The notes: generated from the sequence alone by a model not told the origin. 64,000 nucleotides of DNA from Candidatus Poriferihabitaceae bacterium (GCA_965226545.1 OZ245364.1:1771890-1835889), one strand, 5' to 3'. Counted from the first letter of the stretch, positions 8,339 to 18,530 are shown. Translations and numbers: made by a program.

Positions 8339-10243
8339 TCACTCATTAAAAAACGCCCGCACTTGTTCAATCGATTGACACTTGCGCATCTTCGGCAAAC
8401 TGTTAATAAACGACCGCCCATATGATTTCGACACCACGCGCGGGTCGCACAACACCAACACGCCGCGGTCGGTTTCCGAGCGGATCAATCGTCCGGCGCC
8501 TTGCTTTAATGCGGTCACCGCGGCCGGGATTTGGATGTCGCGAAACGGATTGCCGCCGTCCTGTTCGCAGGCGCGCAGCCGGCTTTTGAGCACCGGGTCG
8601 GACGGCGCGGCGAAGGGCAGTTTATCGATAATCACGCACGACAACCGTTCGCCGGCGACATCGACGCCCTGCCAAAAACTTGCGGTCGCAAACAACACCG
8701 CATGTTCGGCGCTGCGATAACGCGCCAGCAATTCCTGTTTGGGCGCTTCGCCCTGCAAAAAAATCGACCAATCGGCGCGCGCCGCAAAATTTTGATGCGC
8801 GCGTTTCATCATATCGATGCTGGTGAATAAACAAAACGCGCGCCCGCGACTTGCGCCGACGACTTGTTCAATCACTTTGCACAACGCCGATTCAAATTCG
8901 CGTTCGCGCGGCTCGGGCATGTGCGGCGGCAGATACAACAGCGCGTTGTTGGCGTAATCGTATTGACTATCGAAGCGTCGCGTCTCGGCCTCGTCGTCCA
9001 AACCAAGCCGCGCACAAAACGCCGTGAAGTCGTCGCCGACCGCCAGCGTCGCCGAAGTGAACACCCAAGCGACGCGGTTTTGTTGCATCATCTCGGTGAA
9101 TCGTTCGTCGATACGCAACGGCGTTGCGCAAAAGTTAACCCAGCCGTGCCCGATTTGCGCCCACTGCACCCAATCGCCGTCGCGTTGATGCAGCCAAGCG
9201 TCGAGGTTTTCCTGCAGTTGCAAACATCGTTCATGGCATCGCTGCAACGCTTCGCCTTTGCGCGCGGCTTTTTGCAGCAACACTTCATACGCCGCCAACG
9301 CGTGCGTCAATTCGGTGCAGGCGCGCTCGAATGCATCGCTTTGCAATGTCTCCTCATCGACCGACCGCCCGGCGAATTCTTCGGTGACGCGCACAATCGC
9401 CTTGCCGGCTCGATTCAATTCGCGCGCGCTGTCGCCAAAATCCACGCCGCTTTTTTCATCGCGTTCGGCGAGTTTTACATCGTTGGTTAATTCGCCAAAC
9501 TTTGCGGTCGATAACGCAAAGCCAAAAAAATCCGATGCAATGTCGGCGATGGCGTGCGCCTCGTCAAACACCACCGCCTCGGCTTGCGGCAACAATTCGC
9601 CGAAGCCTTCCAACTTCATCGTCAAATCGGAAAAAAACAAATGATGATTGACGACGACGACATCGGCTTTCATCGCCCGCTTGCGCGCCTTGTTCACCCA
9701 GCAATCCTTAAAATCCGGGCATTCGCCGCCCAAACAATTGTCGGTGGTCGAGGTCACCAATTTCCACAACGGCGAATCCTCGCCTATCTCGGCAACCTCG
9801 GCGATGTCGCCGTCGGCGGTTTGCGCAGCCCATTTTTCAATCGCGTCAAACGAATGCGCTTCGGCTTCGCCAATCAATTCGCTCTGCCGCGTATGCACCG
9901 CCAACCGATGCTTGCATAAATAATTCGCCCGCCCTTTCAGCAACACTGCATCGAGCGGTGCGCCCAACACTTTGGCGACTTGCGGCAAATCGCGATGAAA
10001 CAATTGTTCCTGCAGATGTTTGGTGGCGGTCGAGATAATCGTGCGCTTGCCGCTGACCACAATCGGCGCAAGATAGGCGAAGGTCTTGCCGGTGCCGGTC
10101 GCCGATTCGACCACCAATCGCCCGCCGTGCTGCAATGAATCCTCGACCGCCTGCGCCATCTCGCATTGCGCAACACGCGGCGTGAAATTTTCCAGCGCGC
10201 GGTCGAATACGCCATCGGGCGCAAGGGCGGCGGCGGCTTTCAT
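8339..10243 (-). CDS. yoaA: DinG/YoaA-family ATP-dependent DNA helicase (Fe-S XPD-like)
   Basis: ESATGTGKTFAYL Walker A, VVFDEAHA DEAH box, Cys cluster DNCLGGECPDFKDCW, and C-terminal GAGRLIRSETDRGV. Confidence 0.85.
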   Translation of the reverse strand: MKAAAALAPDGVFDRALENFTPRVAQCEMAQAVEDSLQHGGRLVVESATGTGKTFAYLAPIVVSGKRTIISTATKHLQEQLFHRDLPQVAKVLGAPLDAVLLKGRANYLCKHRLAVHTRQSELIGEAEAHSFDAIEKWAAQTADGDIAEVAEIGEDSPLWKLVTSTTDNCLGGECPDFKDCWVNKARKRAMKADVVVVNHHLFFSDLTMKLEGFGELLPQAEAVVFDEAHAIADIASDFFGFALSTAKFGELTNDVKLAERDEKSGVDFGDSARELNRAGKAIVRVTEEFAGRSVDEETLQSDAFERACTELTHALAAYEVLLQKAARKGEALQRCHERCLQLQENLDAWLHQRDGDWVQWAQIGHGWVNFCATPLRIDERFTEMMQQNRVAWVFTSATLAVGDDFTAFCARLGLDDEAETRRFDSQYDYANNALLYLPPHMPEPREREFESALCKVIEQVVGASRGRAFCLFTSIDMMKRAHQNFAARADWSIFLQGEAPKQELLARYRSAEHAVLFATASFWQGVDVAGERLSCVIIDKLPFAAPSDPVLKSRLRACEQDGGNPFRDIQIPAAVTALKQGAGRLIRSETDRGVLVLCDPRVVSKSYGRSFINSLPKMRKCQSIEQVRAFFNE

Positions 10244-10270
10244 GAGTAGTGGTTAATTGGGAGTTGCAAC

Positions 10271-10400
10271 GGTGATGACCGTGACTGTGATTGTGACGAT
10301 GACAGTGACAACGGTGACGATGACGGTAACGACGAGGTTGGAATGAACGAGGTCACTGTCACTGTTAACATTACTGTTACTGTTGATGTCAATCGCAACA
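10271..10400. repeat. hexamer-phased GTN-ACN/GAY degenerate repeat tract
   Basis: ggtgatgaccgtgactgtgattgtgacgatgacagtgacaacggtgacgatgacggtaacgac..gtcactgtcactgttaacattactgttactgttgatgtc. Confidence 0.8.
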
Positions 10401-10496
10401 ATAATAAGTGACTTAACACGTGACACAACGAGTGACCCAGTAAATAAATCGGCAAGCGACTCGGCAACCGACTCGACAATCGATTTAATAAATCAT

Positions 10497-11606
10497 TCAC
10501 GCCGCCAACTCATTCAAAAACCGCTTAATCTTCTCAGCCCATGAATCGCTGCGCGGTGCTTGGCGTTTGCCGCCGGCGGCGACCGACTCGGCGAATTCGG
10601 CGATGAGTTCGCGTTGTTTGGCGGTGAGATGCACCGGCGTTTCGACCGACACTTTGCACAACAAATCGCCGGTTGCGCCGCTGCGCACATTGCGCACGCC
10701 TTTGTCGCGCAGGCGAAACACGCGCGCCGATTGACTGCCGGCCGGCACCTTTAATTTGGCGCGCCCCGACAAGGTTGGTATTTCCAAGGTGCCGCCGAGT
10801 GCCAAGGTTGCAAACCCGACCGGCACTTCGCACAATAAATTGTCGCCGTCGCGCTGAAAAATTTCATGCGCGGCGACGCGTATCTGCACATATAAATCGC
10901 CGCTGCCGTGTTGATTGCTTTCGCCTTCGCCGGCCACGCGCACTTGGTCGCCGTCGTCAACCCCGGCCGGAATCTTGACCGACAACTCGGATTCATCGCG
11001 CACCACGCCGCGCCCTTTGCAGGAGTCGCACGGGTCGGTAATCACCCGCCCGCGTCCTTGACAATGTCGGCAAGTTTGCTGCACCGAAAAGAACCCTTGT
11101 TGCACGCGCACCCGCCCTTGTCCGTTGCAGGCGGTGCAGGTTTTCGGCGACGAACCGCGTCGCGCGCCCGAGCCTTTGCAATCCGCGCAGTTGACCGTTT
11201 TGGCAACGCGGATTTTTTTGGTCGCGCCGCGCGCCGCTTCGAGCAGCGTTAACTCCAACGCATATTGCAAATCGTCGCCGCCGCGCGCGCGCCTTCGCCC
11301 GCCGCCAAAAATATCACCGAAGATGTCACCGAAGATGTCGCCAAAGCCGCTGATATCGACATCGGCGCCGCCGGCCGCGTTTTCGACGCCGGCATGCCCG
11401 AATTGGTCATACGACGCGCGTTTTTTCGCATCGCCGAGCACCGCATAGGCTTCCTGCGCCTCCTTAAAACGCGCTTCGGCGCCGGAATCATTTTGTGCGC
11501 GGTCCGGATGATATTTCATCGCCAAGCGACGATACGCCTGCTTCAACTCGGCGGCAGTCGCACGGCGTTCGACGCCCAACACTTCGTAATAATCTTTTTT
11601 TTCCAT
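10497..11606 (-). CDS. dnaJ: molecular chaperone DnaJ
   Basis: J domain DYYEVLGV..YRRLAMKYHPDR, a G/F region, and four CxxCxGxG zinc-finger repeats. Confidence 0.95.
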   Translation of the reverse strand: MEKKDYYEVLGVERRATAAELKQAYRRLAMKYHPDRAQNDSGAEARFKEAQEAYAVLGDAKKRASYDQFGHAGVENAAGGADVDISGFGDIFGDIFGDIFGGGRRRARGGDDLQYALELTLLEAARGATKKIRVAKTVNCADCKGSGARRGSSPKTCTACNGQGRVRVQQGFFSVQQTCRHCQGRGRVITDPCDSCKGRGVVRDESELSVKIPAGVDDGDQVRVAGEGESNQHGSGDLYVQIRVAAHEIFQRDGDNLLCEVPVGFATLALGGTLEIPTLSGRAKLKVPAGSQSARVFRLRDKGVRNVRSGATGDLLCKVSVETPVHLTAKQRELIAEFAESVAAGGKRQAPRSDSWAEKIKRFLNELAA

Positions 11607-11832
11607 GGGGTAACCGGTGGCGAACTGTGGCGTATGCGGTGCGTTGCGTGAAAGGTTAATGCGTTAAGGGTTAACTTGAGTTGCAATAACGAAGTGAATT
11701 AATTAATAAGTGCGTTAATAAATGTTAACGAGCGAATTAACCGATTCATTAATAGTAAATGTATTAACACAAATGCATTAACATCAAGTGCATTAACAAA
11801 TGAGTCAATTAACCGGCGCGGATGAATGCGCC

Positions 11833-11853
11833 AAAAACGGGGCGCATGCCCCG
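11833..11853 (-). terminator. rho-independent terminator/attenuator between dnaK and dnaJ
   Basis: The minus strand reads CGGGGC-atgc-GCCCCG followed by TTTTT. Confidence 0.5.
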
Positions 11854-11872
11854 CTTCGGTCAACCGTCATCG

Positions 11873-11990
11873 CAATTGTCACGTCAATTGTCACGTCAAT
11901 TGTCACATCAATTGTCGCGCCAATTGCATCGGCGATTGTAAACCCGCTTGTTGGCAATCGTGTTGACAATCGCATTAACAATCGTGCCGA
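11873..11990. repeat. degenerate 12-bp tandem repeat (CAATTGTCACGT-like)
   Basis: caattgtcacgt caattgtcacgt caattgtcacat caattgtcgcgc caattgcatcgg, decaying to caatcgtgttga caatcgcattaa caatcgtgccga. Confidence 0.85.
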
Positions 11991-12016
11991 CAGTTTTGCA
12001 ATCGCGACAAGCGCAT

Positions 12017-13966
12017 TTACGATTTGTCCTTGTCTTTATCCTTGTCACCGACTTCCTCGAACTCAGCATCGACAACATCATCGTCGCCCTTGGCGGCGGC
12101 GTCAGCACCGCCGTCACCGCCGGCTTGCGCATCGTCGCCTTCAGCATTCGCTTGCGCATACATTTGCTCGGCGAGTTTGTGGCTGACGGCGGTTAACGCT
12201 TGGGTTTTTTCGCCAATCGCGGCGACGTCGTCGCCCTTCAACGCCGTTTCCAATTCGCCGACGGCGGTTTCGATGTCGCTCTTTTCGCTCGCTTCGATTT
12301 TGTCGCCCAACTCGCTTATCGATTTGCGCACGCCGTGAATCATCGCTTCGCCTTGATTGCGCGCATCGACCAACTCGCGCGCCTTGCGATCTTCCTCAGC
12401 GTGGGTTTCGGCGTCGGTAACCATCTGCGCAATCTCGGCGTCGGACAAACCGGAACTGGATTTGATGACGATTTTGTTTTCGCGCCCGGTGGCTTTGTCT
12501 TTCGCCGACACGTTTAAGATGCCGTTGGCGTCGATGTCGAACGACACTTCAATCTGCGGCACGCCGCGCGGCGCCGGCGGAATTTCGGTTAAATCAAACC
12601 GCCCGAGCGATTTGTTGCCGCCGGCGACTTCGCGTTCGCCCTGCAATACATGCACGGTGACCGCGCCTTGATTGTCGTCGGCGGTGGAAAACACCTGGCT
12701 CGCCTTGGTCGGTATCGTGGTGTTTTTGTCGACCAACTTGGTCATCACCCCGCCGAGCGTTTCGATGCCGAGCGACAGCGGCGTGACATCCAACAACAAC
12801 ACATCCTTAACCTCGCCGCCCAACACGCCGCCCTGTATCGCCGCGCCCACGGCCACGGCTTCATCCGGGTTGACGTCGCGGCGCGCTTCCTTGCCAAAAA
12901 AATCGGCGACCAATTCATGCACCTTCGGCATGCGCGTTTGCCCGCCGACCAAAATGACATCGTCGATGTCGGTCGCGCTCAACCCGGCGTCGGATAAAGC
13001 GGTTTTGCACGGCTTGAGCGTCTGCTGCAACAATTCGTCAACCAACGCCTCGAGTTTCGCGCGCGTCAATTTCATATGCAGATGTTTCGGTCCGCTTGCA
13101 TCGGCGGTGATGTACGGCAGGTTCACTTCGGTTTGCGCCGAGGACGACAATTCAATTTTGGCTTTCTCGGCGCCTTCCTTAAGCCGCTGCATCGCCAACG
13201 GGTCGCCGCGCAAATCCATGCCTTGATCTTTTTTAAATTCATCGGCGAGATAATCAATCAACCGTCGGTCGAAATCCTCGCCGCCCAAAAAGGTGTCGCC
13301 GTTGGTCGACAACACTTCGAATTGATGCTCGCCTTCGACTTCGGCGATTTCAATAATCGACACATCGAACGTGCCGCCGCCAAGGTCGTACACGACAATT
13401 TTGCGGTCGCCCTTGCCCTTGTCCATTCCATAAGCAAGCGCGGCGGCGGTCGGTTCGTTGATGATGCGTTTGACTTCCAGCCCGGCGATGCGCCCGGCGT
13501 CTTTGGTGGCTTGGCGTTGCGAATCATTGAAATACGCCGGCACGGTAATCACCGCCTCGCGCACTTCCTCGCCGAGATAATCCTCGGCGGTTTGTTTCAT
13601 TTTTTGCAAAATCCGCGCGGACACTTCGGGCGCGGCCATCTGCTTGCCGCCGGCTTCGACCCAGGCGTCGCCATTTTTGGCCTTGATGATTTTATACGGC
13701 ATCAATGAAATGTCGCGCTGCACGACCTCTTCATCAAACCGCCGCCCAATCAATCGCTTGACCGCAAACACCGTGTTGGCCGGATTGGTGACCGATTGAC
13801 GCTTGGCCGCCTGCCCAACCAACACTTCGTTATCCTTGGTGAACGCGACAATCGACGGCGTGGTGCGATCGCCTTCGCTGTTCTCAATAACCTTCGGCGT
13901 GCCGCCTTCGGTGACGGCAACGCATGAATTGGTCGTGCCAAGGTCAATACCGATAATCTTTGACAT
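12017..13966 (-). CDS. dnaK: molecular chaperone DnaK (Hsp70)
   Basis: [18 protein letters not shown].., [22 protein letters not shown], and an acidic tail ending in a KDKDKDK repeat. Confidence 0.97.
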   Translation of the reverse strand: MSKIIGIDLGTTNSCVAVTEGGTPKVIENSEGDRTTPSIVAFTKDNEVLVGQAAKRQSVTNPANTVFAVKRLIGRRFDEEVVQRDISLMPYKIIKAKNGDAWVEAGGKQMAAPEVSARILQKMKQTAEDYLGEEVREAVITVPAYFNDSQRQATKDAGRIAGLEVKRIINEPTAAALAYGMDKGKGDRKIVVYDLGGGTFDVSIIEIAEVEGEHQFEVLSTNGDTFLGGEDFDRRLIDYLADEFKKDQGMDLRGDPLAMQRLKEGAEKAKIELSSSAQTEVNLPYITADASGPKHLHMKLTRAKLEALVDELLQQTLKPCKTALSDAGLSATDIDDVILVGGQTRMPKVHELVADFFGKEARRDVNPDEAVAVGAAIQGGVLGGEVKDVLLLDVTPLSLGIETLGGVMTKLVDKNTTIPTKASQVFSTADDNQGAVTVHVLQGEREVAGGNKSLGRFDLTEIPPAPRGVPQIEVSFDIDANGILNVSAKDKATGRENKIVIKSSSGLSDAEIAQMVTDAETHAEEDRKARELVDARNQGEAMIHGVRKSISELGDKIEASEKSDIETAVGELETALKGDDVAAIGEKTQALTAVSHKLAEQMYAQANAEGDDAQAGGDGGADAAAKGDDDVVDAEFEEVGDKDKDKDKS

Positions 13967-14000
13967 GGTGTGCTTTCCTCAAAATTAATGAATCAAAAAA

Positions 14001-14045
14001 GTGTGCGTAAAAGTGTGCGTAAAAGTTTGCATAAAAGTTTACAGC
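14001..14045. repeat. about 3.7 x 12-bp tandem repeat in the dnaK leader
   Basis: gtgtgcgtaaaa gtgtgcgtaaaa gtttgcataaaa gtttacagc. Confidence 0.85.
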
Positions 14046-14090
14046 GACGCCGCATTGCATTAAGTTCAACGGCGCGCTCAGATGCGTTGG

Positions 14091-14120
14091 ATATGCGGGC
14101 GAATTAACGCAATGCAAGTC
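14091..14120 (-). promoter_or_regulatory. candidate sigma32 (heat-shock) promoter for dnaK
   Basis: The minus strand reads CTTGCA-13 nt-CCCGCATAT, against the consensus CTTGAAA-13/15-CCCCATNT. Confidence 0.45.
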
Positions 14121-14257
14121 GCCGCGAAATTGGCTCGGTCGATGATACTCGGTTGATGAGATGGTGACGGTGCTTTAGTTTATTAACGTCGACATTTAAT
14201 GAAACGCGAACCATTAATTAAACGGAAGTGAAGTGAATAAGTTACGAATTAATCGAA

Positions 14258-15013
14258 CTACGCGTCGTTACCGTCGCTTGCGACATCGCCTTGACCGTCA
14301 TTGTCGTTGCCGGCATCGACTTGACCGTCGTTGCCACCGTCGACTTGGTCATCACTTGCACCGCCACCTGCAACATCACCTTGCCCAGCACAAACCACCA
14401 CCATCGCCGGACGCAACAATCGTTCATTCAATGTGTAACCTTTTTGCACGACAGTAACAATATGGTCAGCGGCAATGTCAGGCGCGGCTTCGGTGCCGAT
14501 GGCTTGATGCAGTTGCGGGTCAAACCGCACACCCGGTGCGGCGGCGACTTCAGCGACCGCGAATTTGCCGAGGCTCAAATCGAATTGTTTCAATGTTAAC
14601 GCCAGCCCTTCCTTCATCTGCGTAACCGCATCACCGGCGTCTTGATTTAATTCGACTTCACAAGCACGCTGCAAACTGTCGCGCACGCCAAGCAATTCCT
14701 GCGCAAAATTTTCAATCGCAAACTTACGCGCCGCCGCAATTTCTTTCTGCGACCGCCGCCGAACATTCTCGACCTCAGCACGCGCACGCAAAGATTCATC
14801 TTTGGCTTGTTCGAGCTGCGCCTGCGCCTCGCTTAACTGTGCGGATAATGCACCGTCGGACTCGGCGGCGTCATCGGCAACATCAGCACCATCGACAACT
14901 TTGTCATCACCGACATCGACGTTCCCGTCGTTATCGACATGGTCGCCATTGCCATCGGCAACCGCATCGGTGTGCGCCGATGAATTGGCTTCGGCATCAA
15001 AAGAGTTCATCAC
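14258..15013 (-). CDS. grpE: nucleotide exchange factor GrpE with acidic low-complexity N- and C-terminal extensions
   Basis: Core sequence LRARAEVENVRRRSQKE..FAQELLGVRDSL..GYTLNERLLRPAMVVV. It lies upstream of dnaK. Confidence 0.9.
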   Translation of the reverse strand: MMNSFDAEANSSAHTDAVADGNGDHVDNDGNVDVGDDKVVDGADVADDAAESDGALSAQLSEAQAQLEQAKDESLRARAEVENVRRRSQKEIAAARKFAIENFAQELLGVRDSLQRACEVELNQDAGDAVTQMKEGLALTLKQFDLSLGKFAVAEVAAAPGVRFDPQLHQAIGTEAAPDIAADHIVTVVQKGYTLNERLLRPAMVVVCAGQGDVAGGGASDDQVDGGNDGQVDAGNDNDGQGDVASDGNDA

Positions 15014-15045
15014 AAGTTTAAGTTAAGCGGTGGAGTCACACAAAA

Positions 15046-15075
15046 AAATGGGGGCGCATCGATAAAAGGTCAAGG
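15046..15075 (-). promoter_or_regulatory. candidate sigma32 promoter for grpE
   Basis: The minus strand reads CTTGAC-14 nt-CCCCCATTT, about 30 nt upstream of the grpE ATG. Confidence 0.55.
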
Positions 15076-15092
15076 CGGGAAGTGGCGGACAC

Positions 15093-15425
15093 CTATACAG
15101 AAAACGACGAGCCGCAACCGCAAGTCGTGCTGGCGTTTGGGTTGTTCACTAAAAACCGGCTGCCCATGATGTCGTCCAAATAATCAATCTCGGCGCCGGA
15201 TAAATATTGCATGCTGAGCATATCGACCAACACTTGCACGCCGCTCTGTTCGACTTTCAGGTCGTCGTCTTGCGCTTCGCCGTCGAATTGAAAGCCGTAT
15301 TGAAAGCCCGAACAACCGCCGCCGCGAATGAATACGCGCAACTTCAACGCCGGGTCGCCCTTGTCGGCGAGCAGTTGATGGATGCGCGCAATCGCGCTTT
15401 CGGAAATGGTTAAATCGGTTTGCAT
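15093..15425 (-). CDS. erpA: iron-sulfur cluster insertion protein ErpA (IscA/HesB family)
   Basis: LRVFIRGGGCSGFQYGFQFD and C-terminal CGCGSSF. Confidence 0.85.
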   Translation of the reverse strand: MQTDLTISESAIARIHQLLADKGDPALKLRVFIRGGGCSGFQYGFQFDGEAQDDDLKVEQSGVQVLVDMLSMQYLSGAEIDYLDDIMGSRFLVNNPNASTTCGCGSSFSV

Positions 15426-15630
15426 GGTCGTGAGTGAACGCCGTCAAGTTGGGCGCGATGATGCGCCTTTGCAACACGGCGGCGATTATACTAAAAAAAC
15501 GCGCGCGGCATTGCGTTAAGATGGCGTTGGACGATATGCGCGAATATGATGTTGCGTGCGCGCGATTGCAATGCCGTGCGCCGAGATTGCGCGTATCCGA
15601 CGCCGCGATTATCCAACACAACGCACCCGG

Positions 15631-17229
15631 ATGAACACTGTGGAAAATTTTGATTTCATCATCATCGGCGCAGGCTCGGCCGGTTGTGTGCTGGCGAATC
15701 GCCTGAGCGCAAACCGCGCGCATCGAGTGCTGTTGCTCGAAGCCGGGCGGCGCGACCGCAATCCGTGGCTGCATATTCCGGTCGGCTATTTCAAAACCAT
15801 GCATAACCCAAAATTCGATTGGTGTTATCGCACGCAAGCCGAACGCGGGTTAAACGGACGCCGTCTTAAATGGCCGCGCGGCAAAGTGCTCGGCGGGTCG
15901 AGCGCGTTAAACGGCTTGCTCTACATCCGCGGGCAGGCGCAGGATTATGACGATTGGGCGCGCGACAATCCCGGCTGGTCGTTTGCCGAAGTGTTGCCGC
16001 ATTTTATTCGCGCCGAAGATCAAGAACGCGGCGCCGACCATTTTCACGGGCAAGGCGGCTTGCTTAAAGTGTCCGACATTCGCCTGCGCCGCGACATCAC
16101 CGAATCATTCATCATCGCCGCCGAACAAGCCGGCATCCCGTATAACCGCGATTTCAACGGCGCGGTGCAAGAAGGCGTCGGCTATTTTCAATTGACCGCA
16201 TCGCGCGGCTTGCGATGCAGCACCGCCGGCTATTTGCGCGCGGCAAAAAAACGCGGCAATTTATCCGTGCGCACCGATGCGCATGCAACGCGGATTAACA
16301 TTAAGGCGCAACGCGCAGTCGGCGTCGACTATCTGCATCGCAACATCGCCCACAGCGCAACCGCCAATCAAATTATCCTGTGCGCCGGCGCAATTGGTTC
16401 GCCGCAAATTCTGCAACTCTCCGGCATCGCCGACGGCGGCTTGTGTCAATCGCTCGGCATCGCGCATCAAGCGCATTTGCGCGGCGTCGGCAAAAACTTG
16501 CAGGACCATCTGCAAATCCGCGCCGTATACAAATGTCGTCAACCGACCTTAAACGATGAGATTAACAACCCGCTGCGCAAACTATTCATCGGCGCGCAAT
16601 ACCTGCTGACGCGCAGCGGCCCGATGAGCATGGCGGCCAGCCAAGTCGCCATCTTCACCCGCACCGCCAAATATCTCACCCGCCCGGACATTCAATTCCA
16701 TTTCCAACCGCTCAGCTCCGACAACCCCGGCGAAGGCGTGCATCCATTCTCGGCGTTCACCTCATCGGTCTGCCAATTGCGCCCAACCAGCCGCGGCACA
16801 ATCACCATCGCCGCCCCCGACCCAATGACGCATCCAACCATCGCGCCAAATTATCTATCCACCGAACTCGATTGCCAAACCGCCGTAATGGCAATGAAGG
16901 TATCGCGCAAAATCGCCGAAATGCCGGCACTCGCCGAATACATCACCGAAGAACACGACCCCGGCGACGCCGTGCGCACCGACGAAGAATTGCTCGCCCA
17001 CGCCCGCAACACGGCAACAACCATTTATCACCCGGCCGGCACCTGCAAAATGGGCCCGCGCGACGACAACGATGCGGTGGTCGACCATCGCTTGCGCGTA
17101 CACGGCATCGCCGGCTTGCGCGTGGCTGATGCATCGATTATGCCAACGATAACTTCGGGCAACACCAATGCGCCGACGGTGATGATTGCGGAGAAGTGTG
17201 CGGGGATGGTGTTGGAGGATTGTTTGTGA
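15631..17229 (+). CDS. GMC-family FAD oxidoreductase (choline/alcohol dehydrogenase-like)
   Basis: FDFIIIGAGSAGCVLANRLS, GKVLGGSSALNGLLY, and a C-terminal HPAGTCKMG..VVD..LRVHG..LRVADASIMP. The start is moved to the ATG at 15631 just before the FAD fold. Confidence 0.85.
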   Translation: MNTVENFDFIIIGAGSAGCVLANRLSANRAHRVLLLEAGRRDRNPWLHIPVGYFKTMHNPKFDWCYRTQAERGLNGRRLKWPRGKVLGGSSALNGLLYIRGQAQDYDDWARDNPGWSFAEVLPHFIRAEDQERGADHFHGQGGLLKVSDIRLRRDITESFIIAAEQAGIPYNRDFNGAVQEGVGYFQLTASRGLRCSTAGYLRAAKKRGNLSVRTDAHATRINIKAQRAVGVDYLHRNIAHSATANQIILCAGAIGSPQILQLSGIADGGLCQSLGIAHQAHLRGVGKNLQDHLQIRAVYKCRQPTLNDEINNPLRKLFIGAQYLLTRSGPMSMAASQVAIFTRTAKYLTRPDIQFHFQPLSSDNPGEGVHPFSAFTSSVCQLRPTSRGTITIAAPDPMTHPTIAPNYLSTELDCQTAVMAMKVSRKIAEMPALAEYITEEHDPGDAVRTDEELLAHARNTATTIYHPAGTCKMGPRDDNDAVVDHRLRVHGIAGLRVADASIMPTITSGNTNAPTVMIAEKCAGMVLEDCL

Positions 17230-17395
17230 GGGTGGTGGGGTGGCTTTGGTTTGTTGTAATTTTGGTTGGGTTGATTTTGGTTTTAATGGTGATGTGACTT
17301 TATTTCGTGACTTTACTTAATGTGTAGGGGAATTATGTGCGACACGAGAATTGTTAGTGTGACAACTTCAGGAAAAACAAAATGCGTTTGCTTCG

Positions 17396-17998
17396 ATGAA
17401 TAAAACCGTTCTATACACTGTCGGCCACTCCACGCATGAAACCAAAGCGTTTATTGCGCTGTTAAAACAGCACGACATCACCGCCTTGTGTGATGTTCGT
17501 TCACAGCCGTACAGCCGCTACAACCCGCAATACAACCGCGAAACCTTAAAAGGCGAAATCAAAATGCACGGCATTCATTATGTTTATCTCGGCAAGGAAC
17601 TCGGGGCGCGCAGCGACAATGCGCAATGTTATGCAAACGGACAAGTGCAGTTTGCGCGGTTGGCGCGCGATGAAACATTTCAGCGCGGCTTAACGCGATT
17701 GCGCAACGGTGCAAGCGAACATAAAATTGCATTGATGTGCGCCGAGAAGGACCCGTTGGATTGTCATCGAATGATTTTGGTAACGCGGCAATTGCGCGGG
17801 GAATTTTCCGTGCATCACATTTGCGCCGACGGTGCAATCGAAACCAATCAACAAGCCGAGCATCGTCTGATGAAATTGGTCGGCATCCACCCGTCGGCGT
17901 TAATTGCCGACGAAGACAACATCGCCGCCGCGTACGACAAACGCGGTGAACGAATTGCATACAAACGCGACGCCGGCAAATCTGAATCATCGAAATGA
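17396..17998 (+). CDS. DUF488-family protein
   Basis: LYTVGHSTH..F..LLKQHDITALCDVRS.P.S..NPQYN and ALMCAEKDPLDCHR. Confidence 0.7.
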   Translation: MNKTVLYTVGHSTHETKAFIALLKQHDITALCDVRSQPYSRYNPQYNRETLKGEIKMHGIHYVYLGKELGARSDNAQCYANGQVQFARLARDETFQRGLTRLRNGASEHKIALMCAEKDPLDCHRMILVTRQLRGEFSVHHICADGAIETNQQAEHRLMKLVGIHPSALIADEDNIAAAYDKRGERIAYKRDAGKSESSK

Positions 17999-18441
17999 AC
18001 ATCGACCTCTACACCATCGGCTTCACTCAAAAGAAGGCGCAGGAATTTTTTGGCAAACTGCAATCGGCCGGCGTTAAGCGGGTGTTGGATGTGCGGTTGA
18101 ACAATGTTTCGCAATTGTCCGGTTTTGCCAAGCGTGATGATTTGGCTTATTTTTTGCGGCAAATCGGCGCGATGGAGTATTTGCATTTAACCGAGTTGGC
18201 GCCGACGCGCGACATTTTGGATGCGTATAAAAAACACAAGGGCGAATGGGCGGAGTATGAAAAACAATTTCTTGCATTGATGACGCAGCGGCGCATCGAA
18301 GATACGTTGGATAAAAAGATGATGCATGACGGTTGTTTGTTGTGCAGCGAACACCAACCGCATCATTGCCATCGACGATTGGTCGCCGAATATCTGCGGG
18401 AAAAATGGGGCGGTGAAATGCGGGTTACGCATTTGCTTTGA
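17995..18441 (+). CDS. DUF488-family protein, second divergent tandem copy
   Basis: LYTIGFTQKKAQEFF..LQSAGVKRVLDVRLNN and LLCSEHQPHHCHRRLVAEYL. A 4-nt ATGA overlap couples it to the preceding gene. Confidence 0.7.
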   Translation: MNIDLYTIGFTQKKAQEFFGKLQSAGVKRVLDVRLNNVSQLSGFAKRDDLAYFLRQIGAMEYLHLTELAPTRDILDAYKKHKGEWAEYEKQFLALMTQRRIEDTLDKKMMHDGCLLCSEHQPHHCHRRLVAEYLREKWGGEMRVTHLL

Positions 18442-18530
18442 GCGATGCATCGGCGGCGGTTGCGATGCGCATGGGTTGTTGGGATTGGGTACAATCGCAT
18501 GCATGAGTTAACTTCATCGAGTAAACAAAA

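Noticed and set aside
10240-10500. 86-aa ORF between yoaA and dnaJ; related repeat-reading ORFs lie at 11800-12186, 7645-7846, 44222-44404 and 51515-51860
   Set aside because: They read straight through hexamer, 12-mer or 21-mer tandem repeats and give monotonous peptides (LSSRLPSRLP, TVTVTV, IVTSIVTS). None has an SD or any family resemblance.
15184-15837. 217-aa minus-strand ORF overlapping erpA and the GMC oxidoreductase start
   Set aside because: It spans two well-supported genes plus their spacer, has an Arg/Ala-rich composition and contains no motifs. It is a GC-driven spurious frame.
18442-18530. Sigma32 promoter upstream of htpX, expected by analogy with E. coli
   Set aside because: No acceptable CTTGAAA/CCCCATNT pair at the right spacing was found, only a lone TACAAT hexamer with no -35.
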